A stretch of DNA of 64,000 nucleotides from NCBI RefSeq assembly GCF_009914755.1, contig NC_060936.1, one strand, 5' to 3'. Position 1 is the first letter of the stretch, and every line of letters starts with the position of its first letter. The stretch is from the human T2T-CHM13v2.0 reference genome, Homo sapiens. The notes beneath the pieces were generated by a model. It made no database searches, was not told the DNA's origin, and saw only the letters and a list, made by a program, of their open reading frames with translations. Shown one piece after another: positions 59,185-64,000 of this stretch. The position numbers and the translations under genes are program-made.

Positions 59185-59545
59185 AAATACAACGTGATGC
59201 ATCCATACTATTGACTATTACTTGACAATAAAAATAAATGAAGTGCTGATATATGCTGCAAATTGCATGAACCTTGAAAACATCATGCCAAGTGAAAAAA
59301 AAAAGCTAGTTATAAAAGACCATATATTGTATAATTCTGTTTAAATAAAAGGTCAAGAATAGACAAATCTATAGAGACAGAATGTAGATTAGGGGTTTCC
59401 TAGGGCTGGAGAAGTGAACTGTGGAAAGTGACTATTAATGGATTTAGGGTTTCTTTTTAGAGTGACGAAAATGTTTTAAAATTGTGATGATGGTTGCACA
59501 ACTCTGTGACTACACTAAAAACAACTGAATTGTACCTTTTAAATC
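59185..59545 (+). mobile_element. L1MB/ME-type 3' end
   Basis: gcatgaaccttgaaaacatcatgccaagtgaaa...gatggttgcacaactctgtga...aattgtac. Confidence 0.8.
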
Positions 59546-60018
59546 AGTTACTTAAATTATATATATGTATTTATATAGTATATCAGTAGATTTAAAATTA
59601 TTGAATGATGATATAAAATAATAAAAACAAATCTTAAAATTTCTTTAAATTTACAAGAACAAAATGCACATACATAATTGTATATAAAACATTGGGGTTG
59701 TTTAATATATATTGGTAGTTTTAGTGCTCTGGGTTTTTTTTCTTCTTTAGTTTTCTTGGTTACCCCTTCCTCCATTCTTGTCCTGCAATCTGCATCATCC
59801 ATCCTCCCTGCAAGGTTATTCATGTTAATAAACTGGTATGTATATTCATATATATTTACCCATTTTCAAATAACACACACACACACACAAAGGCAGATAT
59901 GTTCGGATATATACGTATATGGGAGAGTATTTTTGGCATGGTTTCATCAAAATGAAATTATACCACTCACTTTTCTGAACCTTAGTTTGCTCATTTAACA
60001 TCTTATAAAAATTCTACT

Positions 60019-60303
<285 letters not shown>

Positions 60304-60499
60304 AAAAATTCTACTAAGTAAATGAGTTTTAATTTATTATTTGTTGGTTATTTGTAAAAAGTTAAAATAGTTATTTTTAGTTATTTTCAACTTTTTAAAA
60401 ATAACTACATAATAGTTCATAATGTGGATAAACCACAGTTTATTCAGTTCTTTGCCTGATATCTCTAGGATATCTTTGCCTGATATACATCCTTTTATT

Positions 60500-60702
60500 T
60501 TCTTTTTTTAAAGATTTTTATTTTGAAATAATTGTCAATTTGCATGAAATGATAGAGAGAGTGATTCTGGATAGATTTTCTTCAGTTTTCTCCAGTTGTG
60601 ACATCCTGTATGACTTTAGCACAGTATCACAATATCACAGCCAGGTCATTGGCACTGAAAAAAATCCACTGACCCTGTTTATATGTCCTGTGTTTTACAT
60701 GC

Positions 60703-60745
<43 letters not shown>

Positions 60746-61460
60746 AGTTCTGTACAATTTTATCACACGTGCAGACCACGTGGCCATCATCACAGTCGAG
60801 ACACCGACAGCACCATCATAAGAATCCCTCCTGGAACTTTTTTTTATGGCCATAGCCTTCTTCCTCCCTTTCCCATTTTTTGACCCCTGGCAACTACTGA
60901 TCTGTGTCCATCTCTATCATTTTATCATTTCAAGAATGTTACATGAATAAAATCATATATTATGTAACATTTTGGAATTGGGATTTTTCATTCAGCAGAA
61001 TTCCTCTGAAATCCATACAAATTATTCAGTGTGTCAGTAGCTTATTTTTTCATTTCTGAGTAGTATTCCATGATATGGATGTACCGCACCATTTACCCAT
61101 TCTCTTCCAGAGTGGCTGTACCATTTTACATTCCCATTAATAGTATACAAATGATGCAGTTTCTTTGCATCTTCACTAGCATTTGGTGTTGTCAATTTTT
61201 TTATGTAGTCATTCTGATAGGTATGTACTAATATTTCCTTGCGGTTTTAATTTGTATTTCCCTCATGGCTTACTATGTTGAACAAAATCTTATTGCCTGT
61301 ATCTTTTTGTTAAAACGTCTGTTCATGTCTTTTGCTGTTTTCTTCATTGGATTGTTTTTCTACTGTTGAGTTTTGAGAATTCTTTACATAGTCTAGATAC
61401 TAGGAATTTGTTGGACTTTTTATCAATTTTTTTATGGATCATGTTTTTGGTGTCTATCCC
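60500..61460 (-). mobile_element. L1MC-like 3' fragment containing (TG)n at 60707-60742
   Basis: acccctggcaactactgatctg...ttccagagtggctgtaccattttacattccca...tctgttcatgtcttttgc. Confidence 0.75.
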
Positions 61461-62249
61461 ATTATTTTTAACTTTAAAAAATGAGCATTTAAAAATGTGT
61501 CTCATAAATAGCCCAGAGCTGTAATATTTTAATCTGAAGTTTTAAAATACAATCTCTAATGGCTTACATTTTAATGGGCAAATACAATTTGGAGTAATGA
61601 CAATCATGCTTGATTTTATCCATTCCATCTTATGTTCTTATTTATTTACATTGTTGTTTCCTCATTTTCCTTTTCTTCATTTTTGGTACTCTGGTAACAT
61701 TCTTATTCATTCTATTTTTCTCTTTTTAACTTTGTGACTCTGAGATACTTCTCTATTCCTTTCAAGGTTACTTTATTTTTCCCTGCTCTAATGATCAGAT
61801 ATATACTTTTCTATGATTATTTGAAAATAAGTTACCAATTATTTCCCTCTCAAAAACGCTCTATATCCTTCATACTCCAGTAAAATTAGACCCTCAGAAT
61901 GTTTTCCTTTCTTCGTTCTCTTTTTCCTACAACCACATGTGATCTCTGGAATGCTTTTCCTTTACCCATCTGCCTTATTCCCAACCAGTTCCTAGGTTTT
62001 GCTGATAATCATTTAGTAAACATTTTCCTAGTCAATTACTAGAATTTCCTCACAGTATATTCCTCCTATTTAAAGAGTCTTTATTTAATATTTATGTTGC
62101 ACACTCCCAGTTGGTTTATACATTTCAGTTTAGATTTAATTATTGTAAAGATTCATTGGTCACCACTATTTCATATCCTTATAACCATCTTAATCTTGAG
62201 GTTTCTGTTTCCATTTGTTTGTAGTTTAGTTAGAATAGTTTCTCATATA

Positions 62250-64000
62250 TTCAGAAAATATTTTAAACTGATTAATCATAAAAGCAGAGTGAATCACAAT
62301 TTGTGAGATGCAGGTAAAATGGTACTTGGAGATAAATGTATAGCACTAAATGCCTATATTAGACAGGCAGAAATACTCACCACTATACTAGTAAGGAACA
62401 ATGTCTACCTTAGAAATGACAAGAATTTCAAATCATTTATCTCAGAATTCACTTTAAGAAATGAAAGTAAGAAGAAAGATAACTCCAACAAAAATAAGCA
62501 GAAGTAAGGAAATAAAGATCAGAGGGGAAATAAATGAAACAAAAGATCAATAGAGAAAAATCAATGAAACCAAAAGCTGTTTTTTGAGATGATTAGTCCA
62601 ACTGGTAAATCTCTATTCAGGCTGACCAGGAAGTAAAGGAGAATAAAGAAGTAATCAATACCGGGAATGAGAGAAGTGACAGCAAAAGAGTTTTTATGGA
62701 TATAAAAAGAATAAAGAAATGTTATGAATAACTGTTAGTATCAGTAAATTCAGCAACTTAGATGAAATGACAAATTCATTAAGAGAAGCAAGGTACCAAA
62801 CCTCACTCATGAAGAAAAGTTCATAACTGACTAGCTCTCTACCTATTGAAGTAATTGTATTTGCAGTTAAAATCTTTATACAAAACAAAACAAAACTCCA
62901 GGCCTCAATGGCTCTAGTGTTAAATTCTACCAAACATATAGTGAAGAAATAATAGCAATTCTACACAAACTCTTCCAGAAAGTTGAGGAGAGAGAATACT
63001 TGCCAACTTATTCTATGAAGCCAGCATTATTTTGATACCAAAATCAGATCAAGACATTATGAGAAAAGAAAACTATATGTATTAGTGTCTGTCATAAACA
63101 TAGATGTAAAAATTCTTAACAAAATTTTGGCAAATAGTATCCAACAATATATACAGGATGATACAATATGACTAAGTGAAGTTTACCCCAATAATGCAAG
63201 GTCTCTTAAACATGGGAGAATCAATTAATGTGATTCATCAGATTAACTAATAAAGAAAAACCATATAATCCTCTCCGCAGATGCAAGAAATCATTTGACA
63301 AAATCCAGCATCTACTTATGATAAAAACTCTCAGCAAAATAGAAAGAAATTTCTTAATCCTGATAAAAAGGCATTTATACACAACCTACAGTTAGTACCA
63401 TACTAGATTGTGAAAGACTGAATGCTTTTCTGTTAAGTTTAGAAACAAAGCAAGGATGTCCATTCTCAACACTTCTACCCAACATTGTACTGGAGGTTCT
63501 AGCTGGTGCAGTAAGTTACAAAAAAGAAATAAAATGCATTCATATTGGAAAGGAAGCAGTAGAACTGCTTCTTGCTTCTATTCCCACATGACATGATTTT
63601 CTATGTATAAAATCCTGTGAGACCTACATAAAAACTACAAGAAATAATAAGTGAGTTTAGCAGAGTTGCAGGATATAAGATCAATATACAAACATCAATT
63701 GTATTTCCCTACACTAACAATAAACAATTGGAATTTGAAATAAAAACCAACATAATTTACAACAGCACCAAAACTATGAAATTCTAAGGAATAAAACTGT
63801 CAAAAGATGTGTCAAGACCAATTAAATATTGCTGGGAAAAATCATACAGGACCTAAATAAATGGAAAGATATACTATGTTAATGAATTGGCACAGTCAAC
63901 ATTGTTAACATATCTGTTCTTCCCAAATATATCTATACATTCAATTTAATCCTAATCAAAATCCCAGCAGGTGCTTTGTTTGGTAGAAATTGTCAAGATT
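62250..64000 (+). mobile_element. Degraded L1M ORF2 segment (runs off the window)
   Basis: atagcactaaatgcctatattag, ttctatgaagccagcatta, gatgcaagaaatcatttgacaaaatcca, aacattgtactggaggttctag, gttgcaggatataagatcaat; many stops and frameshifts. Confidence 0.88.

Overview
Primate (human-like) genomic DNA, AT-rich and dense in Alu, L1, L2, MIR, LTR and MER repeats. It is almost entirely intronic sequence of ANKS1B (AIDA-1/EB-1), which is transcribed on the minus strand. The only convincing coding sequence is one exon at 51528-51731 (-). It encodes the short-isoform N-terminus MMWQCHLSAQDYRYYPVDGYSLLKRFPLHPLT followed by the first half of SAM domain 1 ([36 protein letters not shown]) and ends at an ATG|GTAAGA donor. 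The exon looks like a hybrid first/internal exon: a strong 3' splice site lies inside its coding sequence, and upstream there is a CpG-enriched internal promoter/5' leader with uORFs, a spare donor and CRE/MEF2/NPAS4-like motifs. Other notable items are four RFX X-box-like palindromes, a stop-free 111-nt cassette-exon-like segment that is also an E-box cluster, an internally primed L1 fragment with TSDs, a nested MIR/L1/Alu stack with a triplicated target site, an AluJ whose linker expanded into a ~500-nt polypyrimidine tract, and several local duplications. The other ORFs in the track are repeat-derived or chance. I see no evidence of a wholly new gene system; the best leads concern isoform and regulatory architecture. 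Repeat subfamily names and most boundaries are by eye.
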